DNA of 64,000 bases, from positions 1,792,001-1,856,000 of the forward strand of contig OZ242005.1 in NCBI GenBank assembly GCA_965204725.1, given 5' to 3'. The notes beneath the pieces were generated by a model, which was not told the DNA's origin, searched no databases, and saw nothing but the letters and a program-made list of their open reading frames with translations. The first letter of the stretch is position 1; the number at the start of each line of letters is the position of its first letter. This document shows, one piece after another, positions 8,809 to 19,342 of the stretch. A program made the position numbers and the translations under genes. Source of the stretch: Candidatus Latescibacterota bacterium (GTDB taxonomy: Bacteria > Latescibacterota > UBA2968 > UBA8231).

Positions 8809-8894
8809 GGGGGGATACCGAAGTGGTCAAACGGGGCAGACTGTAAATCTGTTGGCTCATGCCTTCGCAGGTTCAAATCCTGCTCCCCCCACCA
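8809..8894 (+). tRNA. tRNA-Tyr(GTA)
   Basis: Acceptor GGGGGGA/TCCCCCC, anticodon loop CTGTAAA, long variable arm, GGTTCAAATCC T-arm, encoded CCA. Confidence 0.97.
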
Positions 8895-8897
8895 CTG

Positions 8898-8938
8898 AAA
8901 AGGGGCGGTTCTCATTGAGAGAACCGCCCTTTTATTTT
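8898..8938 (+). terminator. Intrinsic (probably bidirectional) terminator
   Basis: GGGCGGTTCTC/GAGAACCGCCC stem flanked by A and T tracts. Confidence 0.8.
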
Positions 8939-8946
8939 ACGTCCTA

Positions 8947-9061
8947 TAGCAATCCTACATCTTCCAAGACTGGATTCCCGCGTGCGCGGGAATGACGCCT
9001 CCTAGACAAAAAAGACCGGGCCGATCAACATTCCATGCTTTCGAGGCATTTAGGACAGCTA
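8947..9061. mobile_element. 115-bp MITE (TA target, IS630/Tc1-like ends) carrying a dRS3-like hairpin
   Basis: Ends TAGCAATCCTACAT / ATTTAGGACAGCTA, flanked by TA (8945-46, 9062-63); contains ATTCCC-GCGTGCGC-GGGAAT (8974-8993); second copy at 62805-62934. Confidence 0.8.
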
Positions 9062-10191
9062 TATCGCCCCTCTTCTACGACTCGTTCCAGATCCAAGCAC
9101 AGAGCATCAGCCAGCAAAAACCCCGCCCGCGTCAAACGCAATCGCTGGCCTTCGAGCGCGACGTATCCCGCTTTCGCCAAATCGGCAAAGTGCCCGCTGC
9201 TCTGCACTCGGCTGACCTCTTCTTCGGTCAGTTCAATCCCCTCAATGGTGCGTAAACCCAGCCATAGACGTTCCCGGCGGGCCGTGTCTGGGGCTATGGT
9301 CTCTTCCCCGGCCCGCGGCGACCGACCGTGGTGCATCGCGTCGAGATAGGCACTGAGATCGCGGGTATTCCAAAATCGCTTCCCGCCGAGGAAGCTATGG
9401 CTCCCGAGCCCAACCCCTAAATAAGGAACGCCCGTCCAATAGCCCCAGTTGTGGCGCGAGCGGTACCCAAGACGAGCGTAGTTTGAAATCTCGTAGTGTT
9501 CATAGCCAGCCGCGACCAACCGGGCGTCGGTCCATTCCAAGGTGCGAGCCTGCTCGTCGTCCGCAACAGGTTTCAGCAGGCCCTGCCGTTGTCGTTGGGC
9601 GAAGATCGCGCCTTCTTCAATGGTGAGGCTATAGATAGAGAGGTGCTCTGGGGCCAAGGCGATAGCCCGCTCAACGCTAAAGTGCCAACTGGCCTCTGAG
9701 ACTCCCGGTACATTGGCCACCAAGTCCAAGCTCACATTGGCAAAATCGGACGCTCTAGCCGCTGTGTATGCCCTTTCGACATCGGCCGCACTATGCTGCC
9801 GGCCTAAGCACCGCAGATCCGCATCGCGAAAAGCCTGCGCGCCAATGCTGATGCGGTTGCACCCCAGATCCTTTAGCATGGCGAATTTCTCGCGGTCCAC
9901 GGTTCCGGGGTTGACTTCAACCGCAATTTCCGCGTCTGGGTGGATCCCCAAATGCCGCTGAACGGCCTCGATCATCTGCCCAATTAGCACCGCCTCAACT
10001 TGGCTGGGGGTGCCTCCGCCCAAGAACAGAGTATCTACCGGCCCCGACAAATGCGCCCAAGACTCAATTTCGCGGCAGATCGCCTCGGTATATGGGCCGT
10101 GGTGCTCCTCGTGGCCAACGACCGTAGCAAAGGCGCAGTAAGGGCAACGTTGGGGGCAAAACGGCACGTGGATATAGAGACCCAACGCCAT
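9025..10191 (-). CDS. hemW: Radical SAM heme chaperone HemW (HemN-like), C-terminus extended by a MITE
   Basis: LYIHVPFC..RCPYC.F, GGGTPS, YEISNYA, SRHNWGYW; lies downstream of lepA. Confidence 0.93.
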   Translation of the reverse strand: MALGLYIHVPFCPQRCPYCAFATVVGHEEHHGPYTEAICREIESWAHLSGPVDTLFLGGGTPSQVEAVLIGQMIEAVQRHLGIHPDAEIAVEVNPGTVDREKFAMLKDLGCNRISIGAQAFRDADLRCLGRQHSAADVERAYTAARASDFANVSLDLVANVPGVSEASWHFSVERAIALAPEHLSIYSLTIEEGAIFAQRQRQGLLKPVADDEQARTLEWTDARLVAAGYEHYEISNYARLGYRSRHNWGYWTGVPYLGVGLGSHSFLGGKRFWNTRDLSAYLDAMHHGRSPRAGEETIAPDTARRERLWLGLRTIEGIELTEEEVSRVQSSGHFADLAKAGYVALEGQRLRLTRAGFLLADALCLDLERVVEEGRYSCPKCLESMEC

Positions 10192-10248
10192 TATTTATTT
10201 TTTGGGATTAGGAGCCGCAGGAGTGGCGAGTACGCCTCTTGCTCATAA

Positions 10249-12045
10249 TCAGGCTTCCATCTTGAGCGCGGCCAAAAACGCTTCTTGGGGAATTTCCACC
10301 TTCCCAAACTGCTTCATGCGTTTTTTGCCTTCCTTCTGCCTTTCGAGCAATTTGCGTTTGCGGGTCACATCGCCGCCGTAGCATTTGGCCGTCACATTTT
10401 TGCGGAATGGCTTGACCACCTCGCGGGCGATCACCTTACTCCCCACGGCCCCTTGGATGACGACCTCGAACATCTGCCGCGGGATCAGCTCCTTGAGCTT
10501 CGTGCATAGCTGCCGCCCCCACTGGTATGCCTTGTCGCGATGGATGATCACGGAGAGCGCGTCCAGCGGCTCGCCATTGATCATAATGTCGAGCCTAGAC
10601 AGGAGGCCAGCCCGCATCTCCAGATGCTCGTAATCGAATGACGCATAGCCCCGCGACACCGACTTGAGGCGATCATAGAAGTCGATCACTACTTCGGCCA
10701 AAGGCATCTCAAAGCTCAGGATAGCTCGGCTGCCATCGAGATACTCGGTGTTGCGGTAGCTGCCGCGCCGGTCCGTGCAAATTTTCATTACTGCGCCGAT
10801 ATAATCCCTCGGCACCAAGATCTGGACGGCAAGAATCGGCTCGCGCACCTCGTCGATCTCAGCGGCCGGCGGCAATAAGGAGGGGTTATCTACATCGATT
10901 AGGTGCCCGTCTTTGGTCAGAATCTCGTAGAGCACATTGGGGAGGGTCGTGATGATTTCGACTTGGTACTCGCGGTCGAGGCGCTCCTGTACGATCTCCA
11001 TGTGCAGCAGCCCGAGGAAGCCGCAGCGAAAACCAAACCCCAACGCCGGAGAGGTCTCCGGCTCATAGGAGAACGCGGCGTCGTTGAGCTTGAGCCGCTC
11101 TAAGGCGTCGCGCAACACCTCATATTCCTCTGGGATAACCGGATACAGTCCGCTAAAAACCATCGGTTTGAGCGGTTGATAGCCAGGCAACGGCTCTACT
11201 TCTTCCTCTGCATCAACGACCGTGTCGCCGACGTGGGCCTCGGCCAGATCTTTGATTCCAGCTATAAAATAGCCGACTTCACCAGTCTCAAGTGCTTGGG
11301 CCGGTACGCGGTTTAAGACTAAGTGGCCGACCTCTTCGACTTCGTAGAGCCGTCCGGTGGAGTAGAAGCGAATTTTCTGCCCCTTGTGGATGCGCCCATC
11401 AACGACTCGGATGAAGCAAATTACGCCTCGGTACTGGTCGTAGAGCGAGTCAAAAACCAGTACCCGCAACGGCCCCTGCTGACGCCCCGTCGGCGGGGGG
11501 ATGCGGTCGACAATAGCTTCCATCACCTCCTCGACCCCAATCCCCTCTTTGGCACTGACTTGCAAAATATCTTCGGCTTCCCCGCCCAACAGATCGAGCA
11601 CCTGCTGCTGCACCGCTACGACCTGAGCAGCGGGCATGTCGATTTTATTGAGCACCGGAATGACTACTAGGTCGCTGTTTAGTGCCAACAGCAAATTGCT
11701 TACGGTCTGGGCTTCCACACCCTGCGTGGCATCGACGATCAATATGGCCCCTTCGCAGGCGGCCAAACTACGCGATACCTCATAGGTAAAATCCACATGT
11801 CCTGGTGTATCGATCAAGTTGAATTGGCAGATTCTACCATCGGCGGCCTGATAGTGCATTCGCACAGCGTGGGCCTTGATGGTAATGCCCCGCTCGCGCT
11901 CTAAATCCATGTTGTCGAGCACCTGCTCCTGCATCTGCTTCGCTGTTAGGGTCGCAGTTTTTTCAAGCAGGCGGTCCGCTAGCGTTGACTTGCCGTGATC
12001 AATGTGGGCAATGATGGAGAAATTGCGAATCTGCGCGATACCCAT
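10249..12045 (-). CDS. lepA: Elongation factor 4 (LepA)
   Basis: [46 protein letters not shown]. Confidence 0.99.
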   Translation of the reverse strand: MGIAQIRNFSIIAHIDHGKSTLADRLLEKTATLTAKQMQEQVLDNMDLERERGITIKAHAVRMHYQAADGRICQFNLIDTPGHVDFTYEVSRSLAACEGAILIVDATQGVEAQTVSNLLLALNSDLVVIPVLNKIDMPAAQVVAVQQQVLDLLGGEAEDILQVSAKEGIGVEEVMEAIVDRIPPPTGRQQGPLRVLVFDSLYDQYRGVICFIRVVDGRIHKGQKIRFYSTGRLYEVEEVGHLVLNRVPAQALETGEVGYFIAGIKDLAEAHVGDTVVDAEEEVEPLPGYQPLKPMVFSGLYPVIPEEYEVLRDALERLKLNDAAFSYEPETSPALGFGFRCGFLGLLHMEIVQERLDREYQVEIITTLPNVLYEILTKDGHLIDVDNPSLLPPAAEIDEVREPILAVQILVPRDYIGAVMKICTDRRGSYRNTEYLDGSRAILSFEMPLAEVVIDFYDRLKSVSRGYASFDYEHLEMRAGLLSRLDIMINGEPLDALSVIIHRDKAYQWGRQLCTKLKELIPRQMFEVVIQGAVGSKVIAREVVKPFRKNVTAKCYGGDVTRKRKLLERQKEGKKRMKQFGKVEIPQEAFLAALKMEA

Positions 12046-12073
12046 ACAGTTTATAGTTGGTCGTAGGTTAGTA

Positions 12074-12917
12074 GAAGCTATCTCATAAATAGTCTGGCTG
12101 TGCTACGTTAGTGGTATTCCCTTTCGGAGGTATCTCTTATGGATCTTACAGACGAACAGTGGTCGATAGTGTCCCCACTGCTGCCGGCGTGTCCCAAACG
12201 CCGCGATGGCCGGGGTCGTCCGTGGCGTTGTAACCGAGCGGTGCTCAATGGTATTCTGTGGATTCTCCGCACCGGGGCGCCTGGGCATGACCTGCCTGCT
12301 CGCTATCCGTCCTACCAGACCTGCCATCGTCGATTCCAACAGTGGTCGTCTGATGGCACCTTTGAACATATTCTGCGCACCCTCGCGCACGACTTGCATG
12401 AGCGCGGGGGCCTTGATGTGAGCGAATGCTTCATCGATGGCCTGTTTGTCGCGGCGAAAAAAGGGGGGACCAAGTGGGTCCGACCAAGCGGGGCAAAGGT
12501 ACGAAGCTCATGGCAGTGGCAGACCGCGCTGGTCTTCCTATCGCCGTACTCATCCAAAGTGCTTCGCCGCACGAAGTCACCCTCGTAGAAGCCACCCTGG
12601 AAAACCGATGGGTCCAGCCCCGACCGCAACGACTCATCGGGGACCGAGCCTACGACTCGGATCGATTGGATGCGAGCCTGGCCGACCAAGGCATTGAGAT
12701 GATCGCGCCGCATCGCCGCAATCGTACGCAGGCCAAAACCCAGGACGGGCGGCGGTTGCGGGGCTACAAAAGACGCTGGAAAATAGAAAGACTGTTTGCT
12801 TGGTTGCATAACTTCCGCCGCATCGTGGTTCGATACGAATACTATGCTGAAAACTACCTCGGCTTTGTACAACTCGGATGCATCCTCATACTGCTACGGT
12901 ATTTATGAGATAGCTTC
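12074..12917 (+). mobile_element. IS5-family insertion sequence (IS427 group), about 844 bp
   Basis: Perfect TIRs GAAGCTATCTCATAAATA / TATTTATGAGATAGCTTC with TA on each side; two overlapping transposase ORFs. Confidence 0.93.
12139..12908 (+). CDS. IS5 transposase (orfA/orfB joined by a -1 frameshift at AAAAAAGGGGGG, 12457-12468)
   Basis: orfA DLTDEQW...[10 protein letters not shown]; orfB GDRAYDSD...[14 protein letters not shown]...RYE. Confidence 0.9.
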
Positions 12918-12920
12918 TAG

Positions 12921-13592
12921 TCAGGATATGCGCTGGCGATATAGGCTCTCGTCCACCACGCTAGCCATTTGCCACACATCTAAGGAGAGGGCGAGAAAGG
13001 TCTTAATCTCGTGGCTTATGGCCAGCGGGTCGCGCAAGACAGCGGCGTAGTTGACATAGAGCACCTCCATTTGCTGGTGCTCCGCCAACCACTGTTGCAC
13101 TGCCCGTAAGTGCCGACTAAAGGCGGCGGCTATCGCGGCGTCGGAATCCCGATCGCAGGGCTGTCCTCGCCGTTCTAACATTGCCCGCTGCGAAGCCAAA
13201 ATCTCGTCCATTTTTCGGAGAGCGAATACGATTTTGTACGGCTTGTGGAGCGGCAATTGGCCGAGCAATTGGGATATGACCTTGACAGCTTTACCCCTCG
13301 CCGATTCGAGCCATGCAGTGTCTTTTTCTAGCCGCTTGACCTTCTCGAATTCGTAATATCCCCTTGGATTGTCGGCGTCGGCCGCGCGAATGCCGTCTGT
13401 TAGGGGCGGCAATCCGCCCGCAGCCAGCATCTTCATCAGCATCGAGGTACCAGAACGGGGGAGACCAGACACAATAGTTATGTACTCGTCTGGCCTATGT
13501 GGAAGGAAAGCAGGATAGGAAGGCAAAGCAGAGAAAACCGACACACGCTTCCAAAGCCTAGCTTCGGAAGCGTGTGTCGTCTTGTGCTGCAT
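12921..13592 (-). CDS. Sulfotransferase family protein
   Basis: 5'-PSB loop VSGLPRSGTSML; NPRGYYE; R..EILASQ 3'-PB motif. Confidence 0.85.
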   Translation of the reverse strand: MQHKTTHASEARLWKRVSVFSALPSYPAFLPHRPDEYITIVSGLPRSGTSMLMKMLAAGGLPPLTDGIRAADADNPRGYYEFEKVKRLEKDTAWLESARGKAVKVISQLLGQLPLHKPYKIVFALRKMDEILASQRAMLERRGQPCDRDSDAAIAAAFSRHLRAVQQWLAEHQQMEVLYVNYAAVLRDPLAISHEIKTFLALSLDVWQMASVVDESLYRQRIS

Positions 13593-13603
13593 GTATGAAG
13601 TAA

Positions 13604-16600
13604 TTAAAAGACTAGACGCCCACGCAACAGGAGGCCATGCTCAGCAACACCGGCCATGCGCTGCCAACGCGTACTCTCAAGGCTCACCGACATCGACGAA
13701 TCCACCTCAAAGCGCGTACCGAGGCGCAATTGCATTCGCTCTGGTGCTTGGGTCATGCCGCTGTACACAGTGTACACCCCCTGACCGCCGGGCGCGGCAA
13801 GACCGTAGCCGACTTCGGCTCTGAGCTGGCCTTGCGTGTTCAGATGACCCCGCTCCGTCAGGTCGGCTACGCTGCGCTCCCACAGCGTCAGGCTATTCGC
13901 CTGCGTACCGTAGGTCGGCATCAGCCGCATCGACAGCCCTCGACCGTCGGTGCCGGATGCGCGCTGGATTAGCAGATGCGCCCCCCACTCTTTGTAGTCC
14001 CCTGGAGGAGCAACCAGACTCCGCGCCATAGCTTCGAGAGTGAAGCCGCTCCCCTCAAAACGCAGGCCACCGCCCACTTCTACGCCGGCCCCGGTCTCTC
14101 CGTCGCCGCCATCTTGGCGCAGAGCGACCTCTAGCTGGGGTGTCATCTGCCCATCCATGCCCATCTCGTAAGCATACGAGCCTTTAAGCGCCAGCCTCAA
14201 GCGGTTGGCATTTACTGTCTGCTCAGCAATCCGGCCTCCACCTTTGACGTCGACTTGTGCTGCTGTAGCCGCACCTTTGACCCGCAACCGAGTCGGCCCG
14301 CTGTCGAGCAAATCACCGCTAGCCCCTACACTTGCAGTCCTCAGCGACGTATCGCTCGACTGCTGGCCTATGGTCCCCTGTTGGTCGTCAATCTCGAGGT
14401 CGCCGCGCCCTAAGCCCGCCGTCAACCATACCCCCAACCGCCCGGGCGAGAACCCGACGTAAGGATGTAGGCTCAACATGCGGGTCGTATAAGTACCGTC
14501 GACTCGCTCTGCGCCGAGCAAGGGGGCGGTATAATCAAACGACCCTTGAGCCCATGACAGGGCCAAACCGGTTAGCATCTCGGCACCTGGCCGGGCGTCC
14601 AAACCAATCTGAGCGCGGGTTAGATTGCCGTCCCAATCCAACGAACCGTCGTCGCTAGACAATTTGCCGTAGTCTCCCCGGCCCCAAAATGCAGGACTAC
14701 CGGGACAGACGATGCATCCTCTACCGAAACCGAACGGCACCGCGAAGGACGAGCCATTCATAACCTGGGATAGATTGACCGGGCTGTTTTCAAAGATCCG
14801 GCCGGATTGGATCATGTCGTAGAGGGTGGACTCGGCGGCGAAGCGAAAAGAACCGCTCCCATCGCCGACTCTACCCACCTGCTCAAGGCGATTTTCGATG
14901 GCGCGATTGGTTCCATCGGCAATGGCCAACGCGTACTTGGACAGGATCTGTTCGTTGAGTTCCGCAAAACGGTCCGTAGCCGATTCTTCCACCCGGACCT
15001 CGAAACTGAGGATAGCTGCGTCCTCAGCAGTCATATTGTCGTCGGCGTCGTGGGCCGTATAGGTCAACGAGTACGTTCCGACCTCAGTCGGGGTGCCCGA
15101 AAGCGTCGGCGACCTGGGATTGGGGTCAAACGCGAGACCCGGCGGCACATTATCTAGGGTATAGGTCAACTCGCCGAACTCGCCGTTGCCGTCTGGATTT
15201 AGCGAGAGCAAGTTGCCGCCCGAAGCCAAGGGCAACACTAAGCCTTCAATCGCCTCGCCTTCTATGTACGTCTGGTTGGCCACGGTCCCGCTAAAGCTGG
15301 GTGCGCCATCTATCGTTAGGTGAAAGGTCAACTCGGCCGAATCGCCATCCACATCCGCCACCCGGTAAACCAAGCGGTACACCCCAGTGCTCGTCGGAGT
15401 GCCCGAAAGCGTCCGCGACGCAGCGTCGAAGTTCAGACCCGGCACATTCAGATCTAAACTATATGTCAACTCGCCGTTGCCGCCCAAACCCGCCGGTAAT
15501 TCCCACGGATCCATCGCCTCATTTTGACGTAAGGTTCGATCCTCAATGGTCGTGTCAAAGGCAGGTGTACCGTCGACTTTCAGGGAGAAGGGCACCTCCA
15601 CCGAATCGCCATCGCTATCTTCCGCCCGGTAGGTCAACTCATACGTATCGGCTGTGGTCGGCGTACCCGAAAGCGTCCGAGCCTCGGCATCAAATGTCAG
15701 ACCCGGCACCTCTGGCGACAGGCTATACGTCAACTCGCCGTTGCCGCCCAAAGCCGCCGGCAACTCCAACGGGGCCATCTCCTCCCCTTCAGCAATGGTC
15801 TGATTCGTAATAGTCCCCGCAAAGCTGGGCATACCGTTGACCGCAATGGTGAAGCTCAACTCAGCCGAATCGCCATCCACATCCACCACCTGATAGGTCA
15901 ACGCATAGCCCTCGGCAGAATACAACACATTAGGCGGCGGCGTACCCACAATCGTCCGCGACGAGGCATCAAACGCCAGACCCGGAGGCAAGTCCCCGTC
16001 CAAGGTATAGGTCAACGCCACATTCCCACCGGCCGCCGCCGGTAGTTCTAGGCTCACCTCATCGCCTGCGGTGTAACTCTGGTCGGCCACGACTTGGTCT
16101 CCGAAGCTGGGCATACCATTCACCGAAACCGTGAAGCTCAATTCCGCCGAATCGCCATCTACATCCACCACCCGATACGTCAACACACATCCCTCGACAT
16201 ACAACGCATCCGCTGGCAGCGTACCCGAAAGCGTCTGCGACGAGGCATCAAACGCCAGACCCGGAGGCAATTCTCCCTCCAAACTATACGTCAACGCCAC
16301 ATGCCCACCGGCCGCCGCCGGTAGAGCTAAGTTCACCTCATCGCCTGCGGTGTAGCTCTGGTCGGCCACGACCTGATCGCCGAAACTGGGCTTAGCATCT
16401 ACCACAATGGTGAAGCTCAACGCCGCCGAATCGCCATCCACATCCGCCACCCCATACGTCAACGCATAGCCCAAGTCATATAAAAGATCAGCCGACAGAT
16501 CACCCGAAAGCGTCCGAGATGAGGCATCAAACGTCAGACCCGGAGGCAAGTCCCCAGCCAAACTATACGTCAACGCCCCGTTACCACCCGAAGCCGAGGG

Positions 16601-19342
16601 TAACACCCAATCCCCTATCGACGCCCCGGCTGTAAAGGTAACTTGGTTCGCCACGGTTTCGTCGAAACTAGGCATGCCAGCCACCGCAATGGTGAAGTTC
16701 AACGCCACCGAATCCCCATCCAAATCCGCCACTCGATAGGTCAACGCATAGCCCTCGGCAGAATACAACTCACCCGTCGGCAGAGCACCCGAAAGCGTCT
16801 GAGACGCCGCATCAAAAGCCAGTTCCCCAGGCAACTCCCCGGCCAAGGTATAGGTCAACGCCACATTCCCGCCGACCGCCGACGGTAGAGCTAAGTTCAC
16901 CTCATCGCCCGCGGTGTAGCTCTGGTCGGCCACAACCTCATCGCCGAAGCTGGGCATACCATTCACCGAAATCGTGAAGCTCAACTCAGCCGAATCGCCA
17001 TCCTCATCCGCCACCCGATAGGTCAACGTATGGTCCTCGGCAGAATACAACTCATCCGTCGGCAGAGCACCCGAAAGCGTCTGAGACGCCGCATCAAAAG
17101 CCAGTTCCCCAGGCAACTCCCCGGCCAAGGTATAGGTCAACGCCACATTCCCGCCGACCGCCGCCGGTAAAGCTAAGTTCACCTCATCACCTGCGGTATA
17201 GCTCTGGTCGGCCACGACCCGGTCGCCGAAGTTGGGCTTGCCATTCACTACTATCGTGAAGTCCAAAGTAGCTTCATCCCCGTCCGCATCCTCCACCACC
17301 AACGTCAACGAATATTCGGCTTGATACAACCTATGAATCGACGGCGTACCCGATAGCGTTCGAGTCGCGGCATCAAAATTTAGAAAACTCAGATCCGGCG
17401 TCTGATTACCGCGCAAGCTATAGGTCAACTCGACATTGCCGCCATCCGCATCCGGCAAAGTCAAGCTCATCTCTGCGCCCGCCGGATACGACGGCTTGGC
17501 GTCCATGGTCTTGTCGTCGCCGAAGCTGGGCATGCCATCCACCACTATCGTGAAGGGCAACTCAGCCGAATCGCCATCGCCATCCCACACCTCCAACGTC
17601 AACTCATATTTATCGTCATACACCATATCAGCCGGCGGCGTACCCGAAAGCGTCCGCTTAGCGGGATCGTCATCAAACTCCAGACCCGGCGGCAGTTCCC
17701 CTTTCAGGCGATACTCCCATATCACATTCCCGCCTGTCGGCTCCGGCAAAGTCAAGCTCATCGCCACGTCCGTCTGGTACGGATCCTGCGGTACATCCAC
17801 GGTCTTGCCATCGAAGCTGGGCATGCCATCCACCACTATAGCAAAGCTCAACGCCGCATCATCGCCATCCACATCCACCACCCGATACGTGAACGCATAT
17901 GACTCAGCATATACCACATCGGCCGGCGGCGTACCCGAAATCGTCCGAGACCCGGCATCAAATACCAGACCCTCAGGTAACTCCCCGTCCAAGCTATACG
18001 TCAACGCTACATTCCCACTGACCGCCGCCGGCAGTTCCAATTCTACCTCATTGCCCGCTGTGTATAGCTGGTCTTCCACAACCTGATCGCCGAAGCTGGG
18101 CATAGCAGCTACCACAATCGTGAAGGTCAACTCAGCCGAATCGCCATCGGAATCCACCGCCCGATACGTGAACTCATATTTATCGTCATACACCACATCG
18201 GCCGGCGGCGTACCCGAAATCGTCCGAGACCCGGCATCAAATACCAGACCCTCAGGCAACTCCCCGTCCAAGCTATACGTCAGAGCGTCGATAGACAGCC
18301 CCACTGGCAACTCCCAAGGCTGTTTTATCTCTTCGCCCGCAGTAAAGGTTGTCTGACGCGCAGCAACCGCCGCAAAGGTAAGCTCCACCGAGATCGTGAA
18401 GGTCAATTCCTCCGCGTCGCTCTCCTCCATATTGGTATCGGAATCTTCTACTCGGTAGGTCATTTCATACGTCCCAGCTACGGTCGGCGTACCCGATAGC
18501 GTAAGCGACGTAGCATCAAAAGTCAGACCTGGCACCTCCGGTGACAAGCTATATCTCGGAGGCGCCTCATGCTCTCCCACCGAAGCCTGAGGCAATTCCA
18601 GAACTCCTATATCCTCGCCTGTCCGGTACGACTGATCAACAACCGTCGCCCCCTCAAAGCTCGGCATCGTATCGACTTCTATCTCGAATGTCAACGTGGC
18701 CGTATCGCCATCGGCATCCGTCACTTCGTAAGTCATCAGGGAAAGAGCCACTTCCGAAGGCGTACCCGAAAGCGTCCGCGACCCGGCATCAAATGCCAAA
18801 CCCGGCGGCACAGGCCTTAAATTGTATGTCAAATCGCCATTGCCACTCGAAGCCGCAGGTAACTCCAGAGCCTCTATCGCTACCCCCGCCGAGAACATCT
18901 GATCGGCAACCGTCGTACCGTCAAAGCTCGGAGCTACATCCTCCTCCTCTACTAAAACATTGAAGGTCAACGTGGCCGTAGCACCGTCGGCATCCGTCAC
19001 TTCGTAGACCATCAAGTAAAAGACCTTTTCCGGGAAGACGACAACGTCCGAAGGCGTACCCGAAAGCGTCCGCGACCCGACATCAAATGTCAAACCCGGT
19101 ACCTCCGGCGACAGGCTATACGTAAGCTCGCCATTGCCTCCCGAAGCCGCAGGTAACTCCAGAGCCTCTATCGCCACCCCGGCCTCGTACATCTGATTGG
19201 CAACCGTCGCCCCGTCAAAGCTCGGCGTATCCTGGGCTTCAGCCACCGGGACCAACACCAAAGTGGCCGCCAGAAAGAGCATACTCAGGCAGAACGGCGA
19301 TCTATTCCAAACAAGTCTGTTACTAACTGCACACCCGCTCAT
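13604..19342 (-). CDS. Giant Ig-like (He_PIG/cadherin-like) repeat surface protein with a C-terminal autotransporter-type beta-barrel
   Basis: 15 units of about 90-100 aa (PSF...LP.A.GGN..LTY.L...P.GL.FD...RTLSGTP...TY.V.D.DGD); helical linker; barrel ending LLRGRLVF. Start moved to ATG 19342 behind GGAGGG. Confidence 0.88.
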   Translation of the reverse strand: MSGCAVSNRLVWNRSPFCLSMLFLAATLVLVPVAEAQDTPSFDGATVANQMYEAGVAIEALELPAASGGNGELTYSLSPEVPGLTFDVGSRTLSGTPSDVVVFPEKVFYLMVYEVTDADGATATLTFNVLVEEEDVAPSFDGTTVADQMFSAGVAIEALELPAASSGNGDLTYNLRPVPPGLAFDAGSRTLSGTPSEVALSLMTYEVTDADGDTATLTFEIEVDTMPSFEGATVVDQSYRTGEDIGVLELPQASVGEHEAPPRYSLSPEVPGLTFDATSLTLSGTPTVAGTYEMTYRVEDSDTNMEESDAEELTFTISVELTFAAVAARQTTFTAGEEIKQPWELPVGLSIDALTYSLDGELPEGLVFDAGSRTISGTPPADVVYDDKYEFTYRAVDSDGDSAELTFTIVVAAMPSFGDQVVEDQLYTAGNEVELELPAAVSGNVALTYSLDGELPEGLVFDAGSRTISGTPPADVVYAESYAFTYRVVDVDGDDAALSFAIVVDGMPSFDGKTVDVPQDPYQTDVAMSLTLPEPTGGNVIWEYRLKGELPPGLEFDDDPAKRTLSGTPPADMVYDDKYELTLEVWDGDGDSAELPFTIVVDGMPSFGDDKTMDAKPSYPAGAEMSLTLPDADGGNVELTYSLRGNQTPDLSFLNFDAATRTLSGTPSIHRLYQAEYSLTLVVEDADGDEATLDFTIVVNGKPNFGDRVVADQSYTAGDEVNLALPAAVGGNVALTYTLAGELPGELAFDAASQTLSGALPTDELYSAEDHTLTYRVADEDGDSAELSFTISVNGMPSFGDEVVADQSYTAGDEVNLALPSAVGGNVALTYTLAGELPGELAFDAASQTLSGALPTGELYSAEGYALTYRVADLDGDSVALNFTIAVAGMPSFDETVANQVTFTAGASIGDWVLPSASGGNGALTYSLAGDLPPGLTFDASSRTLSGDLSADLLYDLGYALTYGVADVDGDSAALSFTIVVDAKPSFGDQVVADQSYTAGDEVNLALPAAAGGHVALTYSLEGELPPGLAFDASSQTLSGTLPADALYVEGCVLTYRVVDVDGDSAELSFTVSVNGMPSFGDQVVADQSYTAGDEVSLELPAAAGGNVALTYTLDGDLPPGLAFDASSRTIVGTPPPNVLYSAEGYALTYQVVDVDGDSAELSFTIAVNGMPSFAGTITNQTIAEGEEMAPLELPAALGGNGELTYSLSPEVPGLTFDAEARTLSGTPTTADTYELTYRAEDSDGDSVEVPFSLKVDGTPAFDTTIEDRTLRQNEAMDPWELPAGLGGNGELTYSLDLNVPGLNFDAASRTLSGTPTSTGVYRLVYRVADVDGDSAELTFHLTIDGAPSFSGTVANQTYIEGEAIEGLVLPLASGGNLLSLNPDGNGEFGELTYTLDNVPPGLAFDPNPRSPTLSGTPTEVGTYSLTYTAHDADDNMTAEDAAILSFEVRVEESATDRFAELNEQILSKYALAIADGTNRAIENRLEQVGRVGDGSGSFRFAAESTLYDMIQSGRIFENSPVNLSQVMNGSSFAVPFGFGRGCIVCPGSPAFWGRGDYGKLSSDDGSLDWDGNLTRAQIGLDARPGAEMLTGLALSWAQGSFDYTAPLLGAERVDGTYTTRMLSLHPYVGFSPGRLGVWLTAGLGRGDLEIDDQQGTIGQQSSDTSLRTASVGASGDLLDSGPTRLRVKGAATAAQVDVKGGGRIAEQTVNANRLRLALKGSYAYEMGMDGQMTPQLEVALRQDGGDGETGAGVEVGGGLRFEGSGFTLEAMARSLVAPPGDYKEWGAHLLIQRASGTDGRGLSMRLMPTYGTQANSLTLWERSVADLTERGHLNTQGQLRAEVGYGLAAPGGQGVYTVYSGMTQAPERMQLRLGTRFEVDSSMSVSLESTRWQRMAGVAEHGLLLRGRLVF

